From positions 1 to 64,000 of IMG/VR virus record IMGVR_UViG_3300037107_000081: 64,000 nt of DNA; one strand, written 5' to 3'. The translations under genes were made by a program, and so were the position numbers. Source of the DNA: a virus. Under the pieces are notes generated by a model. It ran no database searches, had not been told where the DNA came from, and was given only the letters and a program-made list of their open reading frames with translations. Position 1 is the stretch's first letter. Every line of letters starts with the position of its first letter. Of this stretch, positions 8,584 to 18,318 are shown in pieces.

Positions 8584-11500
8584 TCATACCACAGGATCAA
8601 TTGGCGATTCATTAATTGAGCCAAAACAACTTATCTCCGCCACAAAAGAAGCCGGACAATCAGCTGTTGCAGTAACCGATCATGGATCCTTATCTGCTTT
8701 ATGGGATACTTATCAGGCAGCTAAGAAATCAGACATTAAGCTTATTGCCGGTCTTGAGGCTTATTTTGTTGACGATTCTAGCAATGATGAAGATACAACC
8801 CTTCGTCATCTTGTTTTATTAGCTAAGAATGGAATTGGCTACAAAAACTTACTAACAATCAATAAACGTGGCTTTGATAAGTTTACACTAGCTTTCAAAC
8901 GAGCTGTCCCACGAGTTGATTGGAGTTTGCTTGAGGAATATAAAGAAGGCATAATCTGCACCTCAGCCTGTGGAAATGGTGTGGTTGGTCAATTTATTAT
9001 GGCCGATCAATATAATGAAGCCAAAGCAGCAGCTAAGCGTTTGCAGGATATTTTTGGCGATGATTTTACACTAGAGCTGCAACCACATAATTTACAGCGC
9101 CGGCCATCTCCTTACTCAGGTCCAATTAATCAGCAGAAGATTAATATGGCACTTAAGAGGATTGGTCAGGAATTGGGGATTCGTTGTATTGTAGCCACCG
9201 ATGCTCATTATGTGAAGAAGGAACATCACTCAGCTCATGATGTTTATATTTGTAATGCATCTGGACAACCAATTAGTTCTGGTAATAGATTGATTTATGA
9301 TAAGCATGATTTCTATATTAAGGATTCGGATCAGATTTTTGAGCATTTTTCTAGACACATAAAGCTTTGGGGAGAAGAATTTGTAGAGTCTTTGTTCGAG
9401 AATACGGTTTATTATGCGGATAAGTGTGAGGCTTCTGATTGGATTGATCCTGCGGTCTCTACTGGTGAAAAGAATCAATTGCCAGATTTTCCTTATAAAG
9501 ATGAGTCGGATTATAATGAGTTTTGTGAGTGGAAGAAGACAAGTAAGCTATATGATGAGAAGGTACCTGATGATGCATTATTCTATAGGTATCGTAGTGA
9601 GATTGGTTTAGAGCAGAAAATAAATGATGGAAAGATACCTGCTGAAGATAAAGATGAGTGTTATGTAAATATGCAGGAGGAATTTGATGTATTAGAGTTT
9701 AGAAAATTCTCCGGTTACATGCTTATTGTTGCTGAGTTTTTACGGTGGGGAAGAGCAAATAATATACCGATTAATTTTGGAAGAGGATCGGCTGGAGGAT
9801 CTTTATCTGCCTTTTGTAATTATATTCATATGGCTTATCCAAAAAGGTATGGATTATTATTTGCCAGATTCATTAATAAATATAAGGAATCGTTTCCAGA
9901 TATAGACTCGGACGTTTCTCCACTTGGTCGTGATAAGTTATATGATCATTTATGTGATAAGTATGGAAAAGATAATGTTTGTAATATATCAAATATAAAT
10001 ACTATAACCCCAAAGGTTTATGCTAAAGATATTGCTAGGGTATTTGAGTTTGGTGGTCAGGGTAGAAGCGCGGCTGCTGAGATTGGTGAAAATATTGCTG
10101 ATTCTATTCCCGCAGAAATACATACAATAAAAAAGGCTTTAGAGGACGCTCCATTATTTGCTGAATATGCTAAGCAATATCCAGAATTAGTTGAATATGG
10201 TGATTTGTTGTGTGGAAAACCAAGAGCTTTATCAATGCATGCTGGTGGAATTATTGTTTCCAAAAAACCACTTGTTGGATTGGTTCCACTTAGACGTGAT
10301 GCTTCAGGGGCACTTGTTCTTGAGTATGACAAGGATGTAGCTGAACAAAATGGTTTGGTTAAGATAGATCTTTTACGAGTAGAAACATTAGATATAGTTG
10401 GTGAAACATATAGGCTGATTCGCGAAAATGGTAAAGTTATTGAGGATGATTTTGATTATGAGGGTTATGATGAAAAAACATATAATCTTCTTGGTGAAGG
10501 CGATACTTTTGGTGTATTTCAACTAGGAGCAACAGCGGTACATGTTTGTAAAAAGCTAAAGCCAAAAAATGTAGCTGATATTGCTTTGATTACTGCGCTT
10601 GTTCGTCCAGCGGCTAAAGATATTATTCCCGAGTTTATAAAGGTTAGGAATGGTGACGAAAAAATGTCTCTTTTCCATCCAAAATTACACAGAGCATTTT
10701 CTTATACATATGGATTTGGATTATTTGAAGAATCGTTATTTTATTTAGCCCAGGATATAGCTGCTTGGGACCTTCATGATGCTGATCGACTCCGGAAGCT
10801 TACAAAAGAAAAAGGAAAGAATCCTGAGAAGGTTAAAAAGTGGAGACAAGAATTTATTGAAGATTCTATTAAAAACAAAATACCAGAAGATATTGCTACA
10901 AAGATCTGGGATGAGACAATAGCTCAGTTTGGTGGATATGGTTTTAATATTTCCCATGCTGTTTTATATAGTATGTTATCTTATCAAACCGCATATCTTA
11001 AAGCTAATTATCCTATTGAGTTTTTAGTTGCCAACTTAATGTCACAGGTAAGTTCAAATGCTAAATCAACTAAAGATAATATCAATAAAATCAAGACTGA
11101 AATTCGTAATCATAATGTAAAGATCGTTCCTCCCGAAGTTAATACATCGCAATTATCCTGGAAGATTATTGATGATAAGACATTGATAACCGGGTTGGAT
11201 TCATTGAAATATATGGGCAAGGATGCAATTCCGGAGTTAATTTCAAAGCGTCCATTCACAAGTTTTCAGGATTTAATCTACCGAACAGATGCTTCCAAGG
11301 TTCGTTCGCCAAGTATTCAGGCAATGGCAGCCTCAGGTAGTTTGGATTCGTTTGGTATGGATCGAAAATTAATGTTCCTATATGCATCAGATTATAGGGC
11401 AAAGCTTCGTTCTCATATGGATAAATTGGATAAGATTTGGGCTAAGGCTGGGAATGAAGATGTAGCGATATCACCTGAGCGTGTGCAAAAACATTTATCT

Positions 11501-12199
11501 GAGTTCAATTATCCATTTCCAGAAGAAGCGCCATGGACAATTCAGGAGTTATTTGCTCTAGAAGAATTTTACATGGGTGAGGGTATTAGTGGGGATACTT
11601 TCGATCGGTATCCTGGATTCTTTGATAGGAAGAAGACGGTTCCATTTACAGCCATGCAACAAATGTTTCCATGGCATCTTGAGTATGAGGATGATGAGCG
11701 GGCGAATAGAAAGGCTAATACACATTTTCTAGCCAATTTAAAAATAAGGCCAATGGAAGCTGTGATAACTGGATTATTTGTTTTTACAGTTAAGAAGGAA
11801 GATTCTAAGATATTTGGCAAAGAGATGGCTAGATTATCAATTAAGGATCCATGGGGTGATGAATCTACTTTGCTATGTTTTCCTGAGGCATGGGAAGGGA
11901 TGAAGGAGCGGGTTGCTGAATTAAAGAAGAATATTGAGATTGGGTTAGCTATTAGGTTTTTGGGACAATTTCAATGGGAGAATGAGCATAGTACAAGTTT
12001 TATATTGAGTGATATATTAGATTGTAAGGCTCCACCAAGTCTACCTGAGGATCGCAAGTCTAAGAAGGTAAAGATGCCCCGGTCCAAGAAGATTAAGAAG
12101 GAGGAGGCTGATTTGATGACAGGTGAGGAGCTTTGCGAAGAATTGGAAAGTGAGTTGTTGGATGAAGGGATGGCTACGGTTGATGATGAGGAAGAATAA
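8558..12199 (+). CDS. dnaE: DNA polymerase III alpha subunit
   Basis: PHP domain (LHNHT, AVTDHG, TDAHY); GRGSAGGSL; catalytic FPDIDSD; HAGG; KIDLL; GYGFNISHAVLY; YLKANYP; C-terminal OB fold. Confidence 0.97.
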   Translation: MRNYVSLHNHTTGSIGDSLIEPKQLISATKEAGQSAVAVTDHGSLSALWDTYQAAKKSDIKLIAGLEAYFVDDSSNDEDTTLRHLVLLAKNGIGYKNLLTINKRGFDKFTLAFKRAVPRVDWSLLEEYKEGIICTSACGNGVVGQFIMADQYNEAKAAAKRLQDIFGDDFTLELQPHNLQRRPSPYSGPINQQKINMALKRIGQELGIRCIVATDAHYVKKEHHSAHDVYICNASGQPISSGNRLIYDKHDFYIKDSDQIFEHFSRHIKLWGEEFVESLFENTVYYADKCEASDWIDPAVSTGEKNQLPDFPYKDESDYNEFCEWKKTSKLYDEKVPDDALFYRYRSEIGLEQKINDGKIPAEDKDECYVNMQEEFDVLEFRKFSGYMLIVAEFLRWGRANNIPINFGRGSAGGSLSAFCNYIHMAYPKRYGLLFARFINKYKESFPDIDSDVSPLGRDKLYDHLCDKYGKDNVCNISNINTITPKVYAKDIARVFEFGGQGRSAAAEIGENIADSIPAEIHTIKKALEDAPLFAEYAKQYPELVEYGDLLCGKPRALSMHAGGIIVSKKPLVGLVPLRRDASGALVLEYDKDVAEQNGLVKIDLLRVETLDIVGETYRLIRENGKVIEDDFDYEGYDEKTYNLLGEGDTFGVFQLGATAVHVCKKLKPKNVADIALITALVRPAAKDIIPEFIKVRNGDEKMSLFHPKLHRAFSYTYGFGLFEESLFYLAQDIAAWDLHDADRLRKLTKEKGKNPEKVKKWRQEFIEDSIKNKIPEDIATKIWDETIAQFGGYGFNISHAVLYSMLSYQTAYLKANYPIEFLVANLMSQVSSNAKSTKDNINKIKTEIRNHNVKIVPPEVNTSQLSWKIIDDKTLITGLDSLKYMGKDAIPELISKRPFTSFQDLIYRTDASKVRSPSIQAMAASGSLDSFGMDRKLMFLYASDYRAKLRSHMDKLDKIWAKAGNEDVAISPERVQKHLSEFNYPFPEEAPWTIQELFALEEFYMGEGISGDTFDRYPGFFDRKKTVPFTAMQQMFPWHLEYEDDERANRKANTHFLANLKIRPMEAVITGLFVFTVKKEDSKIFGKEMARLSIKDPWGDESTLLCFPEAWEGMKERVAELKKNIEIGLAIRFLGQFQWENEHSTSFILSDILDCKAPPSLPEDRKSKKVKMPRSKKIKKEEADLMTGEELCEELESELLDEGMATVDDEEE

Positions 12200-12210
12200 T
12201 TTGATGATGA

Positions 12211-12243
12211 TACGTTGATTGTTTATTATTGATTTTACCAGAG
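12211..12243 (-). repeat. bipartite dispersed motif, copy 4
   Basis: Reverse complement ctctggtaaaatcaataataaacaatcaacgta; offset 27; followed on + by an RBS and ATG. Confidence 0.8.
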
Positions 12244-12256
12244 AGTAGGAATTTAT

Positions 12257-12343
12257 ATGCAAATAGAAACTGTAGAATTTGATAATTTAGATTTATTATT
12301 TGAAGATATGATTAAATTTAAAGAAACCAATAATGTTTGTTGA
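12257..12343 (+). CDS. 28-aa mini-ORF between two direct motif copies
   Basis: AGTAGGA RBS; MQIETVEFDNLDLLFEDMIKFKETNNVC. Confidence 0.4.
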   Translation: MQIETVEFDNLDLLFEDMIKFKETNNVC

Positions 12344-12346
12344 TGA

Positions 12347-12378
12347 TACATTGTTTTGATTGATTATTTTTACTAGAG
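12347..12378 (-). repeat. bipartite dispersed motif, copy 5 (variant CTAG)
   Basis: Reverse complement ctctagtaaaaataatcaatcaaaacaatgta; offset 26. Confidence 0.75.
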
Positions 12379-12393
12379 AGTTAGGAGTTTATT

Positions 12394-12759
12394 ATGGAAA
12401 AAAGAATATTGTGGGATGAATATAATTCTAATACTCAATACCCAATGTACAAATGTGATGATATAAAAGCGCGCGTAAGAGTTTTTAATGGTAAAGAATT
12501 TGTTTGGTTAGATTGTTTTGAGAGTAATGGTATAATTCGTGGTTCTTGGATTACAAAACAATTCACACATAAAGAAGCAAATTTACAGATTAAAAAATGT
12601 TTATCTGAATTTGATTGTGTTGTATGTTGGAAAATTGGGTTTTTATTTAGTGAGCTTGGAGATGAATATAAAAATAAGCATGTAATGTTATCTATAATTG
12701 GTATAGATAAGTTATTAAAAAACAATATTTCAAATGCTCCTGAGTGGTATATAAAATAA
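12394..12759 (+). CDS. hypothetical protein
   Basis: AGGAG RBS; AT-rich. Confidence 0.6.
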   Translation: MEKRILWDEYNSNTQYPMYKCDDIKARVRVFNGKEFVWLDCFESNGIIRGSWITKQFTHKEANLQIKKCLSEFDCVVCWKIGFLFSELGDEYKNKHVMLSIIGIDKLLKNNISNAPEWYIK

Positions 12760-12769
12760 TAGGATAATT

Positions 12770-13525
12770 ATGAGATGTATTAGTTGTGGTGTTGATGTTC
12801 CGCCTATTTGGGTTAAGGCAATTGAGTTAAATTCTTGTCCGTCGTGTGGTTCTGCTATAATGAATGAAGCCACCCAAGATCTATTGAAAGAGTTGTCTGA
12901 TGCATTAACTCGCATGCCTAATAATCCTCAGGGAGTAGCTGGTTGGCTTTTGTCTAATTATCGTTTTCAGAAGATGGGTGATGCTGTTCCTGTTGAGAAA
13001 TTTCATAATAAGGGTAGTGCTGTGGGTAGTGTGCCTGGTGAAATTAATGATAGCCAGTTAAAGATTGCGCCTAGAGTCAATGATTTTGTAAAGCGCAATG
13101 ATGCCGAGAAATATGTAGCAAGGACCCAAGAGCTTGCTGAGAAGGCTAAGGGTTTAAAGAATAAGCAGATGGCGGAGTTTGCTTCTTTAATTAATGGGGT
13201 AAAGGATCCGTATGAAGATCCTGATCTGGTTGAGACGGTTGCTGATGCGTCTTCTGATGTTGAGGATCAAATGACATATGCATTATTAAAGTCTCAGGGA
13301 ATTGATCCATTTGCTGAGTCTGGTAGTAATAATGCTCCTACAGGTCCAATGAATGTAAGCCAGATAATTGATCAAGAAATTAAAGGGGCTAGTAAGATAA
13401 GTGAGTATGAACAGATAATGATGCAGAGTGATAGGGGTAGGGAGCAATTGCAAAATGAGCTGCACAAGAAGATTAAGGCTCAGGATGCGATAAATGGGGT
13501 TGGCAAGGGTGTGTTTAGGAGATGA
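12770..13525 (+). CDS. zinc-ribbon protein
   Basis: N-terminal CISC...CPSC; AGGA RBS. Confidence 0.65.
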   Translation: MRCISCGVDVPPIWVKAIELNSCPSCGSAIMNEATQDLLKELSDALTRMPNNPQGVAGWLLSNYRFQKMGDAVPVEKFHNKGSAVGSVPGEINDSQLKIAPRVNDFVKRNDAEKYVARTQELAEKAKGLKNKQMAEFASLINGVKDPYEDPDLVETVADASSDVEDQMTYALLKSQGIDPFAESGSNNAPTGPMNVSQIIDQEIKGASKISEYEQIMMQSDRGREQLQNELHKKIKAQDAINGVGKGVFRR

Positions 13526-13529
13526 TAGT

Positions 13530-14282
13530 ATGGTAGATGATATTAATTATTTTATTGGAAAGGTTAAGAATATTGTAGAGAAGTATGATTCTGAAGATAT
13601 TAGGAACCATATTACTGATGAGGATTTTGATACATTTTCAATTTCTATTATTAATTTATTGGATCTTATTAAAAGGGCAAGGGTAGAAAAGACATTAAAT
13701 GATGAAAAATATCCAATATCTAATAAAGATTCGTATAACCTTACATTTGATGAGTTAAAGGCTAGAAATGAAATAAAACTAGATAAGTTCATTAAAGACA
13801 ATAATAAATCAAAGAGCCAATACGAAGAGCCAACTGAAGAAGAAATTGATAAGATGAGGGAAGATGGAATTTATTATGTTAAATCAGGTTCAATATCCGA
13901 TGAACCTTTCTTTTTAACTACTAATTTGAAAGATATTATTGATTTTTGTATAACTGATAAGGTCAATTATTCACATGAAGAGCGGTTATCTAAAAGTGAA
14001 GGTGGTAGAGAGTATTTAGCATTGTGTAGGCAGAAGAAAGATAAGGGTAAGGCTGCTCTTTTAGCTGGTGAAGGCGGGTGTTTTAGTAGGGGTGTGCCTA
14101 GTCGTGTAAGTGAAAAATCAAAAGCAATAAGAAGGCATTTTGAGGAAGAGTCTGAGCGTAGGTGTAATGATCCTAATGTATTATCTAAATATATGGATGA
14201 TGATACTAAATCTAAAATGAAAGATGCGCTTGATGAAATAAAAAAGTTTAGTAGTGAATTTATTAAAGATCAAAAAGAATAA
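13530..14282 (+). CDS. hypothetical protein (contains GRE...KK...G-F-x-R module)
   Basis: ORF-track start 13494; the ATG at 13530 follows an AGGAG RBS. Confidence 0.6.
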   Translation: MVDDINYFIGKVKNIVEKYDSEDIRNHITDEDFDTFSISIINLLDLIKRARVEKTLNDEKYPISNKDSYNLTFDELKARNEIKLDKFIKDNNKSKSQYEEPTEEEIDKMREDGIYYVKSGSISDEPFFLTTNLKDIIDFCITDKVNYSHEERLSKSEGGREYLALCRQKKDKGKAALLAGEGGCFSRGVPSRVSEKSKAIRRHFEEESERRCNDPNVLSKYMDDDTKSKMKDALDEIKKFSSEFIKDQKE

Positions 14283-14284
14283 TA

Positions 14285-14317
14285 TACATTTCGGTCACTT
14301 TATTGATTTTACCAGAA
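14285..14317 (-). repeat. bipartite dispersed motif, copy 6
   Basis: Reverse complement ttctggtaaaatcaataaagtgaccgaaatgta; offset 27. Confidence 0.85.
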
Positions 14318-14352
14318 AGATATTTGTATTTTCCGTCCCAAATAAATAAACT

Positions 14353-14384
14353 CTCTGGTAAAAATATAAAAACTAATAAATGTA
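14353..14384 (+). repeat. bipartite dispersed motif, copy 7
   Basis: ctctggtaaaaatataaaaactaataaatgta; offset 26; back-to-back with copy 6. Confidence 0.85.
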
Positions 14385-14398
14385 ACAAAAGGATTAAT

Positions 14399-14617
14399 AT
14401 GATTATCAGAAAAGATTTAGAAATTGCTGAATTAATAAAGCTAGGAGAAAAAGGAATTACTCAGGATGAACTTGAAGATGTTGTTTCTGAATATAAAGAA
14501 GAGCGTGAAAGGGTTGATGTAAGAAAATCATTTGAGGCTATGAAGGAAGAATATAAAAAAGAGAAATCCAAGAATAATTTTGAAGAGGGTGCTGGTGGTT
14601 TTAGGAGGACAAAATGA
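14399..14617 (+). CDS. hypothetical protein ending GAGGFRRTK
   Basis: AAGGA RBS before ATG 14399; the ORF-track start 14303 lies inside the motif pair. Confidence 0.55.
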   Translation: MIIRKDLEIAELIKLGEKGITQDELEDVVSEYKEERERVDVRKSFEAMKEEYKKEKSKNNFEEGAGGFRRTK

Positions 14618-14889
14618 ATTTGGAAGATGAAGAAAAATCTAATAAAGAATTTAGTAAGTTTCTTTATTCTAATGGTGATGAAATTGTTGAGACTAATAAT
14701 CATCTTTTATATTTTGATGTAGATAACCCAAACTATGGAAATATTAGTTTTAATACACCCAAATATGGAGAGGTTATTAAGGTGTGTAATAATGGTGATA
14801 TTTTTATTAAGGGTCGATTAGTTACCAACGATATGGAAGTTGTTGATGGCATTAAAGAATTTTTCTTTATGGCAAGAGCGGAAAAATAA
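14614..14889 (+). CDS. hypothetical protein
   Basis: AGGAGG RBS, ATGA overlap. Confidence 0.65.
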   Translation: MNLEDEEKSNKEFSKFLYSNGDEIVETNNHLLYFDVDNPNYGNISFNTPKYGEVIKVCNNGDIFIKGRLVTNDMEVVDGIKEFFFMARAEK

Positions 14890-15068
14890 TGGATGAAGAA
14901 AGAGATTCATGTGGCCGTCCAGTAGAATGGATTAAAGAACAAACTCTAAGGTATATGAATAGGCGTGGATGTCGAGAAGATTATGCCAGATCTGTTGTAG
15001 AGGCACAGTATGATTGTGATGTGGAAATTTTTAGAGACATAGACGCACAAATAGCAAAAGATAAATAA
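14889..15068 (+). CDS. small hypothetical protein (59 aa)
   Basis: TAATG coupling upstream and abuts the next ATG; MDEERDSCGRPVEWIKE... Confidence 0.55.
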   Translation: MDEERDSCGRPVEWIKEQTLRYMNRRGCREDYARSVVEAQYDCDVEIFRDIDAQIAKDK

Positions 15069-15479
15069 ATGGCCAAAGAATTAACCCAAATAAGAATCAT
15101 AGACAATAAGAAAGTCCGCCTTACTAATGACGAATTTTCTTTTTATGAGGAAATTTGCAAGGCTTATGACCGCCCAAACTTCAAAGGAAAAGATTTGTTC
15201 CAGGATCATTTTGAAGTAAATGATGACGGTATTATTATATTTGTTAAGCCTCCATACAAGAAATATTCATCAATGGAAGTCTTTACTTTCTTGGTTAGCC
15301 TAATGGTAAATCAACAACTAAGGATTTCTCAAGATCAAGTTGCTGCATTTATAACCGAAGGAAAAGCTAAATTTAAAGAACAACTTGATGAAATTAATGT
15401 ACTAAAAGAAGATATTAGTTCCTTAAAAGTTGAGGTCGAGCAGCAGAAGGTGTCACCCATAAAAGCAGATGACAACTGA
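15069..15479 (+). CDS. hypothetical protein with C-terminal coiled coil
   Basis: ORF in operon. Confidence 0.65.
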   Translation: MAKELTQIRIIDNKKVRLTNDEFSFYEEICKAYDRPNFKGKDLFQDHFEVNDDGIIIFVKPPYKKYSSMEVFTFLVSLMVNQQLRISQDQVAAFITEGKAKFKEQLDEINVLKEDISSLKVEVEQQKVSPIKADDN

Positions 15480-15906
15480 TACTGATGTAAATGATCTCAT
15501 AACTGGATTTGAAGAAAAATATCACAAGGTTCTATTAAAGCTAGATTCCTTGTCTCGCGGCACATTCGATGAGGATGATGCTACTGCAATGGCTGCTTTG
15601 TGTTTAATTGCTCAAGCTGCCTTACTATCTGATTTAGCTGCTTTTGATTTGCGGTCAAGATCCTTAAAGCGTGACATTGATTTTGCTAAAGCTACCGCAT
15701 ACGCAAAGCTGAGGAAAGATCCAATTGTTGATGGTAAAAAAGTTACAGAGAGCGCATTATCTCAACTAATTATAATTGATCCAGATGTAAAGCGTATTTC
15801 TGATGAGCAAAATATAGCTGAGCGAGATTATAAGAATTTGTCAAATATTCAATCATTGCTCAAAGAAGCTCATCTTACATTTAGATCTATAAAGAAACCG
15901 GTATAA
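15469..15906 (+). CDS. helical protein, possibly a UvsY-like recombination mediator
   Basis: All-helical, KKVTESALSQLIIIDPDV, immediately upstream of recA; the function is an inference. Confidence 0.4.
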   Translation: MTTDTDVNDLITGFEEKYHKVLLKLDSLSRGTFDEDDATAMAALCLIAQAALLSDLAAFDLRSRSLKRDIDFAKATAYAKLRKDPIVDGKKVTESALSQLIIIDPDVKRISDEQNIAERDYKNLSNIQSLLKEAHLTFRSIKKPV

Positions 15907-15917
15907 TAAAAGGAAAA

Positions 15918-16907
15918 ATGGCTGCGAAAAAGATAAATACTGACGAAAAACCAACAATGGGATCAAAGCTTAATATTAATGATCTTGTTGCTAAGGCTAA
16001 GGGGCGTTTTGATAAGAAGAAGTCACCACTTACTACACGCATGAAGACTGGTGATATGATTGTTTTATCAACAGATCCTAGTGATTACATAACATCATCA
16101 GACCTAAATAAGTTTTGGAAGCCTTTGACTGGTCTTCTTGGTCTTGCTTATGGGCGTATTTTTCAAATTGCAGGCAGACCAGATTCAGGAAAAAGCACAG
16201 CCGCAATGTTATTTATGAAGGCTGCCCAAGAACAGGGAGCTTTGGTTGTACTCTGGGATGCCGAGGGTAAGTTTGATTCAGTACGCTACAAGGATAGGAT
16301 TGGTGGTGATCCTTCTCAGATTGTAGTGGCACCAAGCAGAAATATTCTAGAGGGTGTTCAACAGGTGGTTGCTTATGTAAAGGCAGCTAAAGAAATGGAT
16401 CCTGATTGTAAGATCTTGATTAATTGGGATTCTGTTGGAGCATCAATTAACTCTGCCGAAGATGAAGAGAATGATGATTATAGCAAGCAACCAGGCGTTA
16501 CAGCAAAGGAAGTTTCTTGGGCAATCAGACGATTCAATCAGCTAATTGAGAAGTTCCGTGATGAAGATGGAAATTATACAATAGCTATTCTTTGTATCAA
16601 TCAGGTTTATGCAAAGATTGGTTTCATGCAATCTGGTTATCAACAAAAGGGCGGGGCAGAACTGGAATATCTTAGTTCCCTTATTCTAGAAATGTCGAGG
16701 AAGAAAACGCTCACCCGTACTAAGAATAAGCAAAAGGTAAAATACGGAATTGTAACATCTGCAAAGGTAAAGAAGAATCATTTGTTTGGTGGTGAAGATT
16801 GTATTGCCGAGCTTGATCTTTGTGTTTCTGCATCTGGAATTGATTTGATGGAAGAAGTAAAGAGTAAGATACCAGATGTAGATGATTTGAACGAGGATGA
16901 TGAATAA
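15918..16907 (+). CDS. recA: RecA/UvsX family recombinase
   Basis: GRIFQIAGRPDSGKST (Walker A), WDAE, NWDSV (Walker B), INQ, KGGAELEY. Confidence 0.9.
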   Translation: MAAKKINTDEKPTMGSKLNINDLVAKAKGRFDKKKSPLTTRMKTGDMIVLSTDPSDYITSSDLNKFWKPLTGLLGLAYGRIFQIAGRPDSGKSTAAMLFMKAAQEQGALVVLWDAEGKFDSVRYKDRIGGDPSQIVVAPSRNILEGVQQVVAYVKAAKEMDPDCKILINWDSVGASINSAEDEENDDYSKQPGVTAKEVSWAIRRFNQLIEKFRDEDGNYTIAILCINQVYAKIGFMQSGYQQKGGAELEYLSSLILEMSRKKTLTRTKNKQKVKYGIVTSAKVKKNHLFGGEDCIAELDLCVSASGIDLMEEVKSKIPDVDDLNEDDE

Positions 16908-17611
16908 TGTTAAGAATAATTAGATTAGGAAACTCAATATCTAATTTATATGATGTTGATACTGATTGTGAATTTGAACCAGGAATGATTGCACAACATT
17001 ATAAAAGAGGAGATAAATCTGTTTGTGGTGTTAGTGATGGTAGTTTGCCATTTGGAATTATTGATGATTTTAGGAAAAATAATTTTATAACCACAGAATC
17101 TAATGAACATGTTGTTGCTGACGCATCTGTTGTTGATGTAAAAGATGGTAAATTAATAACTCCTGTAGATATTAAATTTCAGCTTAAGCAATCAGATATT
17201 ATCGCATCTACTTTTGAGGTTGTTACAAAACCTATAAATGTAAGCCTTATTCAAAAAACTGGTGTTGTTATATTTCCAGCAGGAACACAATTAAATTTTG
17301 ATGCTAATAAAGATGGTTTTATTGATTCTATATCAATGTATGTTAGATATTTTTATAAAAAACAAATTCCTAATTATTATACTTCTGTAACAAATGGCAA
17401 GATAACTGTTTGGTCTTCTAACCATGGTATGTTTGAAACAGATCAGTTCGAGACAAATGTAGATTATGAATTACACAAACATATTAATCTTTTTGTGTCG
17501 AGTAATGGAAAGCTTACTTCGTTTCAATTACACAGTTCCCAGCAACCTTTTGGAAAAATAATATATCCACCAACAAATAATAGACCAATCTTAACTTTTC
17601 TTATGTTTTAG
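16907..17611 (+). CDS. head decoration-like protein; paralogue of 50873..51568
   Basis: Shares EFEPGMIAQ, VCGVSDG..P.GIIDDF, ITPVDI, FPAGT.LNFD, G.ITVW and LFVS.NGKLT with 50873. Confidence 0.6.
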   Translation: MLRIIRLGNSISNLYDVDTDCEFEPGMIAQHYKRGDKSVCGVSDGSLPFGIIDDFRKNNFITTESNEHVVADASVVDVKDGKLITPVDIKFQLKQSDIIASTFEVVTKPINVSLIQKTGVVIFPAGTQLNFDANKDGFIDSISMYVRYFYKKQIPNYYTSVTNGKITVWSSNHGMFETDQFETNVDYELHKHINLFVSSNGKLTSFQLHSSQQPFGKIIYPPTNNRPILTFLMF

Positions 17612-17630
17612 CTTAAAATACCGAGGATTA

Positions 17631-17939
17631 ATGACATCTTTTAATGCACAACCAGTAGATAGATCTGCTATTAAACCGATATATATTATAGTGGCAGAAG
17701 ACCCGTCCGAACCCGAAGGAATTGCTTATTATAAGTCGCAAGATTTAAATGAAAACTCAGCATTTCTAGAGATAAGAATTGGTTACCTGCTAAATAAAAC
17801 ACAAGCGGTAAAACTAGTTAAAGATCCTCATGCATCAATAAATGGCAAAACGGAACCAAAAGCAATTAATCGCAAAATTCCGTGGAGCAGAATAATTCGC
17901 ATAGATCACATAACGTACAACAAAAAATCGCAAGATTAA
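17631..17939 (+). CDS. hypothetical protein
   Basis: GAGGA RBS. Confidence 0.6.
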   Translation: MTSFNAQPVDRSAIKPIYIIVAEDPSEPEGIAYYKSQDLNENSAFLEIRIGYLLNKTQAVKLVKDPHASINGKTEPKAINRKIPWSRIIRIDHITYNKKSQD

Positions 17940-17976
17940 TTATCCATATTAAAATATGGACTTGAGTAAGTAGGAA

Positions 17977-18162
17977 ATGCCAATTTCGAAAGAACAAGTT
18001 AAACAAGAGATTAGAGTGCCCAAGATCATTGGACGCAAGCGTAAGTCTGCGTCCAAGGGTCGTTTGAAGGAAACTGAACTAACTAACCGTGGCAGGTTGA
18101 ACAATATGCAGGATGCTTCTCAGGGGCGAGAGTTTATGCTAATATTAAACCACTTGAAGTAG
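17977..18162 (+). CDS. small basic hypothetical protein
   Basis: 61-aa ORF, AGGA upstream. Confidence 0.5.
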   Translation: MPISKEQVKQEIRVPKIIGRKRKSASKGRLKETELTNRGRLNNMQDASQGREFMLILNHLK

Positions 18163-18225
18163 ATATACTATATATGATTAAGTGGAGGTTTTTGATTAGT
18201 CTAAATTCTTAACATTTATAAATTT

Positions 18226-18318
18226 CTTATTAAATCTTAACTTATTAAATGTAAATTAAAAGTAAACCAAAACTGTAAACCAATCAAGGTAAACAAAATA
18301 ACAAATAAGGTAAACAAA
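18226..18318 (+). repeat. A-rich repetitive leader of the SSB gene
   Basis: cttattaaat x2 and gtaaac(c/a)aa x4 directly before ATG 18319. Confidence 0.7.

Noticed and set aside
8558-12199. Intein or intron in dnaE (also checked recA and terminase)
   Set aside because: Lengths and motif order are normal; no intein splice motifs or embedded endonuclease were seen.
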